Positions 40,854 to 51,350 of a DNA stretch of 64,000 nt are shown one piece after another; within the stretch, counting starts at the first letter, position 1, and every line of letters starts with the position of its first letter. The stretch lies in contig OY969100.1 of assembly GCA_963697895.1 (NCBI GenBank), forward strand, positions 544,001 through 608,000, in the 5' to 3' direction. A program made the position numbers and the translations under genes. The notes beneath the pieces were generated by a model. That model was given only the letters and a program-made list of their open reading frames with translations, did no database searches and was not told where the DNA came from. The stretch comes from an uncultured Methanomicrobiales archaeon. Lineage in GTDB: Archaea > Halobacteriota > Methanomicrobia > Methanomicrobiales > Methanospirillaceae.

Positions 40854-41309
40854 ATGAAAGGCCTGGTCATACCGATACTCATAGTTTTCATTATCGGTCT
40901 TTCAACGCCTGTTGTTGCGTTGAACGAGGAAAAATTCAGTTATGTAACGGTACAGCAAGTGGATGTCTTCCTCGACAATGCCACCGCCGACATTAAGATG
41001 AATTATACCATCGATGATGGTACGCAGTTTATTTTCGTTCTCCTGGGCAAACAGGACCTGAAGAGCAAGGTGCTCAAAATCCTGAATTTTGAAGACGCAA
41101 CGGTAAAGAGTATTGAGATGAACCACGCCGAGATACAGGTGAACGATGCCTCGTATACATACGGCCGGGGAATTTACTGGTTCCCCAGTCACGATTTTAA
41201 TGTGAACATCCCCGATTTGAACATTCATACGCCCCAGACAACCCGACATTTCTCAAATGTAAGCCAGTTTTCACAGGGAATCGGGTACTTCGATAGTTCC
41301 CGCCCATAG
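40854..41309 (+). CDS. Secreted hypothetical protein
   Basis: Signal peptide followed by a beta-rich body; 151 aa. Confidence 0.75.
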   Translation: MKGLVIPILIVFIIGLSTPVVALNEEKFSYVTVQQVDVFLDNATADIKMNYTIDDGTQFIFVLLGKQDLKSKVLKILNFEDATVKSIEMNHAEIQVNDASYTYGRGIYWFPSHDFNVNIPDLNIHTPQTTRHFSNVSQFSQGIGYFDSSRP

Positions 41310-41789
41310 GTGTTTGGCCCAGAAAGGATTTTATCAATTGATCTCCGGGGATCGGAGACACAGATACTCTTTCATACACGATTCATTCACGAAGCTGATG
41401 GAATTTTCAATTCCCGGAAATTCCCGGGGAATAATGATAATGAGTCGGCTTCCTCACCCATCTCTTTTCGTATTTCTTATAGCTCCCCTGACAGGTCTTG
41501 TATGAGAAAGGACGATATCGCTGCACTGTTTTTTCATGAAAGTCAGATAACTTGTCCATAGATCCCCGTGTATGAAATTGAGACAAAGCACTCCTTCCCG
41601 TATCCGTAAAGGTTGTGCTTTTCCAGGTAGCTTATTCATCAGATCTTCATGCACAGCATGGAGACTTGTTCCTGTCCTCCCCCTTCCCATGAAATCCTTT
41701 TCTGATCCCGCTGGTTGACACCTAAACTCCCGTTATCCGGCAGATAAAAGATCCCGAGAAATTTTCCACTCCCGTGGAGATGGAATCGC

Positions 41790-42923
41790 CTACATGACTT
41801 CGATTATCTGGGGTGGCCCGTGTTCCACGAGCCATTTGTCCATCAGGTGCTGAACCCCCATACCGGCGAACGCACAGATCAGCCCGCCGATGGTGACATA
41901 GACAAAAAACTGGAGGGCAGAATCCACGGTAAACGGGAAATCAGGGACATTACTCACGGCAATTACGTATACGCTCACTCCATAGAGAATGAGGCCGACT
42001 GCGCTGATAAAGAAGGGGAATACAATCACCTTGGCGAGTTCTTCCCTGTCGTAGAAGAAGTGATCGATGATGATGCCGATCGATGAGACGATACCTGCAA
42101 GTGTCATCCATAACACGGCACCATAAATGAAGGTGAGTAAATAGAGCAGTATTCCGAACGTGCCATCGGATGAATAATGGGTCAGCACACTCGTGAGACC
42201 CATGACGATTCCAACGATGACGAGCAGTATTCCCGCAATATAGGTGACAAACGAGATCCTCCCCCGTGTCAACGAGGTCTGTAATGCATTGATGAAGCCC
42301 CGCAGGCTATCGTCGAGGCCGATTCCCCGATAAAGGAAATACAAACCGATGGCTCCGACGACGAGGATAATCGCGACCTGCGGATAACCAAGGAGATAGG
42401 TAGCGGCATACAGGAGCATCGCGAGTCCGACGGGGATCAGGACAAGGCGGGCCACCTTCGGGTCGTTGAGAAATTTCTTGATTATATAATAGGTTCCCTC
42501 AAGATTCGGGATCTGTTTCACCACGACCCGCCGGATACTGGTCACCGGTAGCTTGGACTGGATGATGGGAACCACAAATTCGTCTTCAGCACCATCGGTG
42601 ACCACGATGCAGTTGGTGGAGCCCGTCTTCTGGATCACCTGCTCTAGGGATGCGCCGATCTTCCGGTCTCCTTCGAGCATATGCATATGATCGCCCGCGA
42701 TAACCGCAATTTCAACGTCCTCCCCCTGGGCAAGGAGTTCATCGTAGATCTTCACGGTCTGGAAGATAGCATTTACGTCAGAATCTTCCGGATCCGCTAA
42801 ACCCAGTGCATTTGCAGCATTCAGACACGCGGCGCGCCCAATCGCCGGGCTCACTATTTTGGCTTTAAAACCGATATCGTCGTCACGATCGACACTGAGC
42901 ACCAGTGTTCTACCCTGCTGCAT
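41790..42923 (-). CDS. DUF373 family membrane protein
   Basis: VDRDDDIG, DPEDSD and DGAEDE motifs, then about 7 TM helices. Confidence 0.88.
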   Translation of the reverse strand: MQQGRTLVLSVDRDDDIGFKAKIVSPAIGRAACLNAANALGLADPEDSDVNAIFQTVKIYDELLAQGEDVEIAVIAGDHMHMLEGDRKIGASLEQVIQKTGSTNCIVVTDGAEDEFVVPIIQSKLPVTSIRRVVVKQIPNLEGTYYIIKKFLNDPKVARLVLIPVGLAMLLYAATYLLGYPQVAIILVVGAIGLYFLYRGIGLDDSLRGFINALQTSLTRGRISFVTYIAGILLVIVGIVMGLTSVLTHYSSDGTFGILLYLLTFIYGAVLWMTLAGIVSSIGIIIDHFFYDREELAKVIVFPFFISAVGLILYGVSVYVIAVSNVPDFPFTVDSALQFFVYVTIGGLICAFAGMGVQHLMDKWLVEHGPPQIIEVM

Positions 42924-42985
42924 CTATATAGAAATCGCGATGAATCTATTAAATTATTGCTTATCCCTGAAAGAGAAATGAGAGA

Positions 42986-43846
42986 TCAAATGAGTTTTGA
43001 GCGCTGAAGGAGGAGGATATCATCGGTGGTGAGCTTCTCGCCGGCCCGGAACATCTTGAAGAGATGTTCCGCTTCCTTCCGCACCGCTTTCTGTTCCTTG
43101 GTAACCTTTGTCTTCTTCGTCTTTTTACGAAGTCCGCTGATAACTTTATCGTAATCCCTCAGTTCCTTCTGGCAGGCTATAAAATATTTATGTTCTGCAT
43201 CGGCTGATTCCTGAGCTTCAACAAAACTTTTATGGGCGTTATCTGCTTCTTCCCGCGACTTGTCGGCTTTCCGGTAGGACTCGACCATCAGATCATGGTG
43301 CTTCTGCGCGAGCTCTGCCATCTCGGTCACTTTTGCATGAAGATCGGATGCCTCCTTCCGGAAGTCCCGCGCAAGCGTTATCTTATTCTTTATCTCTTTA
43401 TTCTGTTCGAGCTCCGCCTCCTGCTCGCGAACAGATGACTTCATTTGTTTTATCTTGTCGATCAGTTCCCGCTCTTTATCGGTACTGATAACCTCGGTCT
43501 GCTGCCGGAATTCCAGATGTTCGATCTGTTTCTGGAGCTCCTTGATCCCCCGGTTTTTTATTCCGCCATGTTCCTTTTTAAACGCCTCAATCTCATCAAA
43601 AAAAGAATTCGCCTGATCATTTATCTCGTTCCGCTTGTCCTTGAGTGCCTGTACTTCGTTATTAAAGGAGTCTCTCAGCTCCTTGTTCTTCTGTGCTTCT
43701 TCCACATATTCACGGGTCTGATTATTCAGCGTATTTCTCTCGCGGGCACATTTACTTGCAAGCGCATTCAGTTCATTTCGTCTGTTTTTATGCTGTTCGG
43801 ATTCGGCGAGAATCTTTTTTCGTTTTTCAATCAACTCATTCAACAT
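42986..43846 (-). CDS. Archaeal coiled-coil protein (COG1340-like)
   Basis: Continuous heptads; LEFRQQT and C-terminal GEKLTTDDILLLQ; upstream of the DUF373 gene. Confidence 0.85.
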   Translation of the reverse strand: MLNELIEKRKKILAESEQHKNRRNELNALASKCARERNTLNNQTREYVEEAQKNKELRDSFNNEVQALKDKRNEINDQANSFFDEIEAFKKEHGGIKNRGIKELQKQIEHLEFRQQTEVISTDKERELIDKIKQMKSSVREQEAELEQNKEIKNKITLARDFRKEASDLHAKVTEMAELAQKHHDLMVESYRKADKSREEADNAHKSFVEAQESADAEHKYFIACQKELRDYDKVISGLRKKTKKTKVTKEQKAVRKEAEHLFKMFRAGEKLTTDDILLLQRSKLI

Positions 43847-43854
43847 TCGTTACC

Positions 43855-44135
43855 TACCTGCCTGTTCTCTCACTGTACGATATCCCCCGGGCCGGAAGGG
43901 AGGATCATATGAACAGGAAACAATATCCAGGAATGAATCGATCCGGTGCAAATACCGGTATGCAGCATGACATTCCTGAACGGGTTTTTCTGGAAAAAGG
44001 TGGACAGACATGTTACGAATGTCTGTGGTCAGATGCCTGTTCATGTGTTCAACTCCCGGTACGAGTAAGGTCGCAGAAAATCTCTGCCGATGCGACCCCT
44101 TCACAAAGGATTCCAGCGTGAGGGATAATCCAAAG
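43855..44135 (-). ncRNA. Candidate structured leader RNA between ftsZ and the coiled-coil gene
   Basis: At least six complementary stem pairs found by eye, several of them nested (see findings). Confidence 0.4.
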
Positions 44136-44248
44136 ACTTTCTATTATGTAGATGATATTTGAAATATTAAGCATTTCGCAGAAATAGAAAAGAGTATTTT
44201 GTATGGGGATTAGTATTTTGGTGGCGATTTACCTGTTTTATAGTCTTT

Positions 44249-45406
44249 TTATCCTACCCATTCCAGTTGTGCTCCTCCGCTCGTAAAATCACGAGACTTG
44301 CGTTTGTTCGGCAGTTCCGGTGCTTTCGGACTGATCTTTTTCTGTTCGAGCTCTTCGAGAACACTCTTGTATGACTGACGGTTACCGAGTAGCTGGTGGT
44401 TCTGCACACCGGTCATGATGGCAAGAACGCGCACCTTTCCCTCCATATCATTCCGAACCCGGGCGCCCCAGATTACATCTGCATGCGGATCGAGTTCGTA
44501 GGTCAGGGATGTGGCGATCTCTTCGGCATCGGTAAGGGTCAGATCGCTTCCTCCGGTGATGTGAATCAATGAGCCGGTGGCACCCCGGTAATCGATGTCG
44601 AGCATCGGGTTGCTGAGGCACTCGCGGACAACACTTTCGGCTTTGTTCTGCTGTTTGCTCTCTCCAACGAGCATAACTGCGACACCGCCCTTGCTCATGA
44701 TCGCGCGGACATCCGCGTAATCTATGTTGATCAGGGATGGCTCCGTGATCGTCTCGCTGATACCCTTGACCGTCTCACCGATGAGCTGGTCCATGACCGA
44801 AAAGGCCTGCCCCAGCGGGAGATTCGGAACAAAGTTCTTCAGACGGTTGTTGTCGAGAACGATAACCGAATCGGCCGCGGTGGAAAGTGATTCGAGCCCT
44901 TCTTCGGCCCGGATCAGGCGTGCTTTCTCGACCTGGAACGGATAACTGACCATCCCGACGACGATCGCTCCCTGCTCCTTCGCAATCTGGGCAACGACGG
45001 GTGCCGAACCGGTGCCGGTACCGCCTCCCATGCCTGCGGTGATGAAGACGAGGTCGGCGGACTCGAGGAGTGCTTCCAGTGTCGGACGGGCCATCTCAGC
45101 AGCCCGTTTCCCGACATCGGGATATCCTCCTGCACCGAGTCCCCGTGTAAGAGACTTCCCGATCAGTACACGTTTGTCAGCCTGGATCATGTCCAGGTGC
45201 TGCTTGTCCGTGTTGATCGCAATCGTCTCGGCACCCGACACACCCATATGGTGCATCCGGTTCACGGTGTTATTGCCTGCACCTCCGCATCCTATGATGA
45301 CGATCCGTGGCTGACCGCAGAAATCGTCATCGATTGGGTTACCGGAGTTTTTCATCTCCTTCTCAATCTCGGAATTTTTGAGAGCCTCGTTAATGATACT
45401 CTGCAC
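44249..45406 (-). CDS. ftsZ: Cell division protein FtsZ (FtsZ2-type by context)
   Basis: GCGGAGNN, tubulin signature GMGGGTGTG and INIDYADV; GTG start. Confidence 0.96.
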   Translation of the reverse strand: MQSIINEALKNSEIEKEMKNSGNPIDDDFCGQPRIVIIGCGGAGNNTVNRMHHMGVSGAETIAINTDKQHLDMIQADKRVLIGKSLTRGLGAGGYPDVGKRAAEMARPTLEALLESADLVFITAGMGGGTGTGSAPVVAQIAKEQGAIVVGMVSYPFQVEKARLIRAEEGLESLSTAADSVIVLDNNRLKNFVPNLPLGQAFSVMDQLIGETVKGISETITEPSLINIDYADVRAIMSKGGVAVMLVGESKQQNKAESVVRECLSNPMLDIDYRGATGSLIHITGGSDLTLTDAEEIATSLTYELDPHADVIWGARVRNDMEGKVRVLAIMTGVQNHQLLGNRQSYKSVLEELEQKKISPKAPELPNKRKSRDFTSGGAQLEWVG

Positions 45407-45419
45407 GTTCTTTTCCCTC

Positions 45420-45599
45420 CTAAACCTTGAATGAAACCTGGTCGCTGTCTTTCAAGACACGGCTGGCACGTTTCTCAATGAGTTGACGAACCGCATCCCT
45501 GACTGCCTCCGAGACGGTGGGGAACTCCCCAGCCTCCACCATCTGTTCGAGCATCTCTATCTGCTGTTCGGGCAATCTGAGTGTTATCCGTTTCATCAT
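45420..45599 (-). CDS. cdrS: Ribbon-helix-helix regulator (CdrS-like)
   Basis: [10 protein letters not shown]...[15 protein letters not shown] is an RHH fold; it lies immediately upstream of ftsZ, as in haloarchaeal cdrS-ftsZ2. Confidence 0.82.
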   Translation of the reverse strand: MMKRITLRLPEQQIEMLEQMVEAGEFPTVSEAVRDAVRQLIEKRASRVLKDSDQVSFKV

Positions 45600-45626
45600 C
45601 CGTATCCCCCATATCCGACACATGCA

Positions 45627-45674
45627 TGACAATTGTCAGTCATATGTCAGACGCAGAGACTCCTTATGTCTGAC
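45627..45674. promoter_or_regulatory. Putative RHH operator array upstream of cdrS-ftsZ
   Basis: Perfect palindrome TGACAATTGTCA (45627-45638) plus TATGTCAGAC (45643) and TATGTCTGAC (45665). Confidence 0.5.
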
Positions 45675-45797
45675 TTAACCAGATAACACAAAATATAACA
45701 TAATTATATATATACTTTTCCCCGTATCTGCCTTTCTCCCCTGTTCAATTACCTTAATGAGCCACCATCGACCATCTCTGAAGGAGAGGTCTATTTC

Positions 45798-46796
45798 GTG
45801 AGAGGGGATATCAAAGAAAAAGTAATCCATGGAGGGATTGTTAAAAGAAGCCAGGAAATTATGGGAAAATGCATCCTGGATTTCAGCGCCAGCATCAATC
45901 CGTTCCCTCCCGCGGTGGTATGGGATGCTTCCCGCGCTTTACTGGACCGGTATCCCGACGACTCTTATGCCCGGCTAAAGGAAGTTATTGCCGCACGGTT
46001 CAGCCGCAATGTCGACGAGATCACCGTAGGGAACGGTTCCATCGAGCTGATCCGGGTTTTCTGTTCGGTTATGTGTAATGAAGGGACGAGGATCTGGAGA
46101 GAAGATCCGACATTCGGGGAATATGAGCTCTCTGCGTCACTCGCGGGAGCCCGGGTTGTACCTGGAATAAAGGATGCGGAGATCGCGTTCCTCTGTAACC
46201 CGAATAACCCCACCGGACTGCTCCGGACAAAGGTTGAAGTGCGGGAAATGCTGGGAGAATTCAGGCGATCCCTGAGGATGCTCTTTCTCGATGAAGCATT
46301 CATCGAGCTTGCGGATCCAGGTGAGAGCCTGGTAGATATCCGCGATGATCGCCTTTTCCTCATTCGCTCGCTCACCAAAAGTTTCGCTGTGCCCGGCATC
46401 CGGTTCGGGTATGGGTTTGGAGACCCGGAACTTATCACCCGGATGGAAGTCGCCCGACTGCCCTGGTCGATAAATGCATACGCAGAATCCTTCGCGATCG
46501 CCGCATTCCGCCATTACACGGATCTCGAGCAGTCACGGGCCCGTATCGCAGAGGAACGGGAATGGGTCTCCGGGGAGTGTACCCGCATTGGCCTCGTTGT
46601 CCACCCATCATCGGCAAATTTCCTCCTGCTCGATCTGAAAATTCCCGCCCCGGTCCTCTGCCAGCGACTCCTCGAACATGACATCCTTGTCCGCGATTGT
46701 TCATCATTCGGGTTGCCGTTTTGTGTGAGAGTGGCAGTACGAAGCCGTGAGGAAAATCGGCGGCTTATAGAAGCGCTGAGCATATGCTTGCACTGA
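45798..46796 (+). CDS. cobD: PLP-dependent threonine-phosphate decarboxylase (CobD/HisC family)
   Basis: HGG, DFSASINP, CNPNNPTG, DEAF and RSLTKSFAVPGIRFGY motifs; adjacent to cobY. Confidence 0.85.
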   Translation: MRGDIKEKVIHGGIVKRSQEIMGKCILDFSASINPFPPAVVWDASRALLDRYPDDSYARLKEVIAARFSRNVDEITVGNGSIELIRVFCSVMCNEGTRIWREDPTFGEYELSASLAGARVVPGIKDAEIAFLCNPNNPTGLLRTKVEVREMLGEFRRSLRMLFLDEAFIELADPGESLVDIRDDRLFLIRSLTKSFAVPGIRFGYGFGDPELITRMEVARLPWSINAYAESFAIAAFRHYTDLEQSRARIAEEREWVSGECTRIGLVVHPSSANFLLLDLKIPAPVLCQRLLEHDILVRDCSSFGLPFCVRVAVRSREENRRLIEALSICLH

Positions 46797-47398
46797 TTAT
46801 GGCGGGCGGCTCAGGCAGCCGTCTGAATATGGGCGAAAAACCCCTTGTGCGGATTTTAGACCGGCCGATGATAGACTATGTGATCCAGGCCTTTGATCGT
46901 TCCGGGTGCACCGCCCTTGTGGTTGTTTCCCCCCATACTCCAGTCACCCGGAACTGGTGCAGGGCGCACGGGATCGATGTATGTACATCAGCAGGGGCGG
47001 GCTATATCCCGGATCTCATCGAGGCGGTAAATGAGCTTGGGGAGAAGTATCCGCTCTTCACCAGCGTATCGGACATCCCCTGCATCACCGCGCCAATTAT
47101 TCACAAGATTCGTGAAACATACCAGGCTTCAGGAAGGGACGCCTGTTCGACCTGGGTAACAGCGAGGCTCTGTGATCGATCCGGTTGCCGTACATCTATC
47201 CACGAAACGATAGACGGGGAACTGGCATCCCCTGCTGGTATCAATATACTCCGTGGTGATCTCATCCGGGAAGAACAGGATGAATTGAAGCTTTTGATGC
47301 ATGAAAAACAACTAGCTTTCAATATCAATACCCGCGAAGACCTCCGGATAGTGGACCGGCATTTCAGGAATCTGATGAATTCAGGTTCGATCGGGTGA
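46784..47398 (+). CDS. cobY: Adenosylcobinamide-phosphate guanylyltransferase (CobY-like NTP transferase)
   Basis: MAGGSGSRL, EKPL, SDIP and NINT motifs. Confidence 0.85.
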   Translation: MLALIMAGGSGSRLNMGEKPLVRILDRPMIDYVIQAFDRSGCTALVVVSPHTPVTRNWCRAHGIDVCTSAGAGYIPDLIEAVNELGEKYPLFTSVSDIPCITAPIIHKIRETYQASGRDACSTWVTARLCDRSGCRTSIHETIDGELASPAGINILRGDLIREEQDELKLLMHEKQLAFNINTREDLRIVDRHFRNLMNSGSIG

Positions 47399-47537
47399 TC
47401 GATGCAATATGACAGAAGTCCGCCATCCGGGGATGGGAGTTTTACGCCCGAGAACCTGTTCCGATTCGGTGACGCAGAAATTTCCGCAGATATGGCGAGA
47501 AATAATATAAGCAATCATCGCCGACAATTGAGGTAAT

Positions 47538-48770
47538 ATGCTGGCATCGCGGGAGATCGAGCTCGAGGGTCATATTATAGACTCTGGAATAATGACGCTC
47601 ATCTTCGATAAGATCATGGACATGGGAGGAAATTTTGAGATCCTTGTCTTTGACATCGGAAAACGAAAAACCGATCCGAGCTATGCCCGGCTCCGTGTTA
47701 CTGCCGAACACGATGACAAACTCCAGGCGATCGTCTCTGAGCTCCACCGGTATGGTGCCCGCCTGCTGGAAGTGGGAGACGTCTGTATCGTGCCTGCAGA
47801 GGGGGACAGGATCGTCCCGAAAGGCTTCTATTCAACTACCAATCACCCGACATCGGTGAAATATTGTGGGGTCTGGCTTCCTGTACAGGAGATCGAGATG
47901 GACTGCCTGATCATTGTTGACCAGGATCGAAAGACGGCACGGTGTACACCACTCTCCAAACTGAAAGAAGGGGATACAGTCGTCGTGGGAGAGGCAGGTG
48001 TGCGTATCGTTCCCCCGGAACGCCCGCGTGAACAGTCCAATTTTGAATTTATGCACGGGACTGTCTCGCCTGAACGACCAAGCGAGACACTCATTGCAAA
48101 AATCGCTGCTGAGATGATCGATATCCGCCATAAGGGCGGAAAAATCGCCCTCGTCGGCGGTCCTGCCATCATTCACACCGGTGCAGCGAATGCACTTGCC
48201 GGAATTATCAGAAAGGGATACATCAACGTGCTGTTCGCAGGTAATGCGCTGGCAACGCATGACATCGAGTACAACCTGTTCGGCACGTCTCTCGGGATGG
48301 ATTTATCCACGGGTAAACCAGTTATCGGGGGACACAAACACCATATTTATGCAATATCAGAGATCATCCGCGCAGGTTCAATCCGGAAGGCTGTCGAACA
48401 GGGTATCATCACCGGGGGGATCATGTATGAATGTGTTAAAAATGATGTCCCGTTCATTCTCGCGGGATCCATCCGGGATGATGGTCCGCTTCCCGATGTG
48501 ATCACCGACGCGATGGAAGCGCAGGACAGGATCCGGGAACATGTGCAGGACTGCAGCATGGTGCTGATGGTGGCGACACTGCTCCACTCTATAGCGGTCG
48601 GAAACTGCCTTCCCTCCTTCATCAAGACTGTCTGCGTGGATATCAATCCGACATCGGTCACTAAACTGATGGACCGGGGCACGATGCAGGCGATCGGGGT
48701 CGTCAGTGACGCCGGCACGTTCTTCCCGCTCCTGGCGAAGCAGCTGGAGATTCAGGATCGCTGTCCCTAG
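47538..48770 (+). CDS. TIGR00300 / LOR-SDH-domain protein (ornithine cyclodeaminase-like)
   Basis: GHIIDSG, FYSTTNHPT, GNALATHDIE, LAGSIRDDGPLP and LHSIAVGN motifs. Confidence 0.85.
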   Translation: MLASREIELEGHIIDSGIMTLIFDKIMDMGGNFEILVFDIGKRKTDPSYARLRVTAEHDDKLQAIVSELHRYGARLLEVGDVCIVPAEGDRIVPKGFYSTTNHPTSVKYCGVWLPVQEIEMDCLIIVDQDRKTARCTPLSKLKEGDTVVVGEAGVRIVPPERPREQSNFEFMHGTVSPERPSETLIAKIAAEMIDIRHKGGKIALVGGPAIIHTGAANALAGIIRKGYINVLFAGNALATHDIEYNLFGTSLGMDLSTGKPVIGGHKHHIYAISEIIRAGSIRKAVEQGIITGGIMYECVKNDVPFILAGSIRDDGPLPDVITDAMEAQDRIREHVQDCSMVLMVATLLHSIAVGNCLPSFIKTVCVDINPTSVTKLMDRGTMQAIGVVSDAGTFFPLLAKQLEIQDRCP

Positions 48771-49741
48771 CGGGTCAGCGGCATGCAATATGGCATTTCC
48801 TGCTCCATGACATACTCCCATTCCCGTTTGCAGGAACAAGGGGTGAGAAGGAGTTCCTGGATCAGTGCCCGATCACCCGAGAGGCTGTAATCGCGGATTC
48901 CCCTGATAATCTCCCGGTCGCAACGGCCACAATTGTGCGGTCCGCGCGGATGTCCTCCCCCGATGGGATCCACCGTGATATGAACTGGAGCTTCCAGTAT
49001 CACGGAGAGGATACTCCACAGGTAGGGAGGTCGGTAGGCCCCCTGTTTCCAGTAAAATTCGAGTTCGGTCCTGCGTTGGACGGTGCAGGGGTTCATCGAT
49101 ATCAACTCTGCTGAGGATGTGAGAGCCCCGATCGATCGGTTCATATCCTCGACCGCTTCCCGCTCGGAGAGGAACAACGGCTTCATCAGGAGGTACCCTT
49201 TCACTCCTGCACCGGCCCGTTCCGCTTCGCGCGCCGCACCCTCGTACTGTTCATACGAAAACCCCTTGCATATGGATTTTTCCCTTATCTGATCGCTTGC
49301 GGTTTCTACACCGATGGCAACATACAATGGCGTTTTCCAGGTTCCGTCATCGATCCTGCCGATGAATTCTTCCAGCCCGTCTGCCTGAACGTACTCCGGG
49401 CGGGTCTCAACAATGACCAGTTTCCCCCGGAACAGATCTCCTGCGGCCTCTCTCACCCCGATTGGCACTTCGACCGGATCAAAAAAACTACCCGAGGTAT
49501 AGAGCTTCACGACCTGCCTGTCGCTGAGGTCGACATTCTCCCGCACCCACCTGATCTGCTGCATCATCCGTGCGGTGAGTTCCGGTTCCGACAACCCTCC
49601 ATACCGCTCATGCCGGTAACTGCACATCCTGCACCTGCTCCAGGCACACCCCCCGGTTTTCAGGATTATCGTCAAGGAATCGAGGACCTGGTCACGGATC
49701 CGATCCCGCCCGTTCCAGCAGGCAAGCGGTTTTTCTGTCAT
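48767..49741 (-). CDS. raSEA: Archaeosine biosynthesis radical SAM protein RaSEA (TIGR01210-like)
   Basis: TGGCAWSRCRMCSY, TSGSFFD, ETRPEY, YLLMKP and RGPHNCGRC motifs. Confidence 0.88.
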   Translation of the reverse strand: MTEKPLACWNGRDRIRDQVLDSLTIILKTGGCAWSRCRMCSYRHERYGGLSEPELTARMMQQIRWVRENVDLSDRQVVKLYTSGSFFDPVEVPIGVREAAGDLFRGKLVIVETRPEYVQADGLEEFIGRIDDGTWKTPLYVAIGVETASDQIREKSICKGFSYEQYEGAAREAERAGAGVKGYLLMKPLFLSEREAVEDMNRSIGALTSSAELISMNPCTVQRRTELEFYWKQGAYRPPYLWSILSVILEAPVHITVDPIGGGHPRGPHNCGRCDREIIRGIRDYSLSGDRALIQELLLTPCSCKREWEYVMEQEMPYCMPLTR

Positions 49742-49782
49742 ATCAGAAAGCATTTACATCAATATAGGCAACCTGTACCCTA

Positions 49783-50895
49783 ATGAAGAGGATCCTGATC
49801 CTGCTGGTATTCGTGTCGCTCCTGATAGGAACAGCTGCGGCGTATGAACTTTCCATCAGCGCTCCCTCAACCCTGCAGGTCGGCAAGCCCATCGTGGTCA
49901 ACGGTACATCCAACCTGAATGCGGGAACCACGGTCGATATCGTCCTCTCCCATTCGGATAATGTATATCACGAAATCGCCAGGAAGTCTGTTACCATCCA
50001 GAGCGTCCGGGACTTCAATATAACGTTCGATACGAAGGGGCTCGACAGGGGCGTGTATAAAATTGAAGTGCTCCCGGTAGCGGGTATCCAGTTCCTGGGT
50101 AACTCCACCACATTGCGTTCGATCGAACTCATCGATCGCTCCGATGAGATCAAGATCAAATCGCCGCTGGAACAGGAGTTTGATGGTATGCTGAGGCTTG
50201 ATGGATCCCTCGTCAATGCGAAGAACACGGGTGTCCAGATCGAGGTGAAAGACGCAGAGGGAAGTTCGATCTTCGGGCCGGAATATATCTCAACGACCCA
50301 TGAAGGTGCGTTCTCGAAGCAGATCCCCATCGAGAAGAGCGGTCTCTATGATGTCGAGTTCACAGACGACCGGGGCTTCATCGGGACGGTCACGTTCACG
50401 GTCAAAGAGCTCCCGGAGGTTACCACGACGGTTCCGACAACGGAACCGACACCGGTGGTTCCGATCGTATCCGCTACTGCCGAGGCCTCCCGCGACAACC
50501 CGGCATATTTCACCGTGACCACAAAAGGGGAACCGGTAACGATCTCTACCTCGACAGGGATCGACTGGGTGATCGAATACCCGGATGCACAGGGAAATAT
50601 CCAGAAGGTAAACAGTGGCGGTTCGGCAACGACAGAGGAGATTACACTCCCCGGTACCCCGGACACGGTCTATCTGATGGTGTACCCGTACCTGTATTCG
50701 GCCAGCGGGCCGGTCACCCTTAACGGCGAGAATGCAGAATCAGTGGAGGTATCGTCAACGGTACCCCCGGTCTTCTCCGGGACTCCCGGTTCAACTACAT
50801 CCCCTGCCCAGCAGGGACCACTCCCGCCGTACCTTCCTTTCCTTGCAATCGGGATCGGAATCGCGATATTCGCCCTCTTCCGGAAGAAACCATAA
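49783..50895 (+). CDS. Cell-surface protein with C-terminal TM anchor
   Basis: Signal peptide, Ig-like beta domains, T/P-rich linker, C-terminal TM helix and basic tail RKKP. Confidence 0.8.
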   Translation: MKRILILLVFVSLLIGTAAAYELSISAPSTLQVGKPIVVNGTSNLNAGTTVDIVLSHSDNVYHEIARKSVTIQSVRDFNITFDTKGLDRGVYKIEVLPVAGIQFLGNSTTLRSIELIDRSDEIKIKSPLEQEFDGMLRLDGSLVNAKNTGVQIEVKDAEGSSIFGPEYISTTHEGAFSKQIPIEKSGLYDVEFTDDRGFIGTVTFTVKELPEVTTTVPTTEPTPVVPIVSATAEASRDNPAYFTVTTKGEPVTISTSTGIDWVIEYPDAQGNIQKVNSGGSATTEEITLPGTPDTVYLMVYPYLYSASGPVTLNGENAESVEVSSTVPPVFSGTPGSTTSPAQQGPLPPYLPFLAIGIGIAIFALFRKKP

Positions 50896-50982
50896 TCCAT
50901 CACCCGATAACGAAAAATCTATTAATTTTGCCAGATAATGTGGATAAGTTTTTTACGATCCATCGCCAATCATATGACCGGA

Positions 50983-51067
50983 GCCGGGGTAGTCTAGTCC
51001 GGAAAGGCGGTGGCCTTGAAAGCCACTGGTGCCTGGCACCTCAGGAGTTCAAATCTCTTCCCCGGCG
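50983..51067 (+). tRNA. tRNA-Ser(TGA)
   Basis: Acceptor GCCGGGG/CCCCGGC; anticodon stem GTGGC-CTTGAAA-GCCAC; long variable arm; TTCAAAT T-loop; discriminator G; no encoded CCA. Confidence 0.95.
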
Positions 51068-51350
51068 CTCTTATGAAAGATTAGCCAGTTTCTCATTGTT
51101 TTTCCTCTCAAAATTCTCAAACGAATCGACCGGAAAACACCTGTCGGATCATGGGGAATGTTTCCGTGTATATCCCTCCAATAGCGCGTTGAAGAGATTT
51201 TTCTCGATAAAACTCCAATCTGGGGGAGGCGATACATAGCGAAGCTTCGGCCTTGCCCCGGGAGGAAATATCAGCCCTCGTGGCCAACCTAAAGAGAAAA
51301 ATTATTTATACTGGTACATGAGTTAAGGTGTGAAGAAAAGAGGAAACGAT

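Noticed and set aside
43880-43910. GGCCGGAAGGGAG resembling SRP RNA helix 8
   Set aside because: The CAGG...AGCAG symmetric loop is not matched, and the rest of an SRP RNA would have to overlap the coiled-coil CDS.
25937-49741. Complete archaeosine pathway (tgtA, arcS, RaSEA) as a novel system
   Set aside because: This is an established euryarchaeal pathway, so it is recorded under features only.
50928-51239. 103-aa ORF over the tRNA
   Set aside because: It overlaps tRNA-Ser and is not protein-like.
51068-51330. Integrated element at tRNA-Ser
   Set aside because: No integrase, transposase or att-like duplication of the tRNA 3' end was seen within the window.
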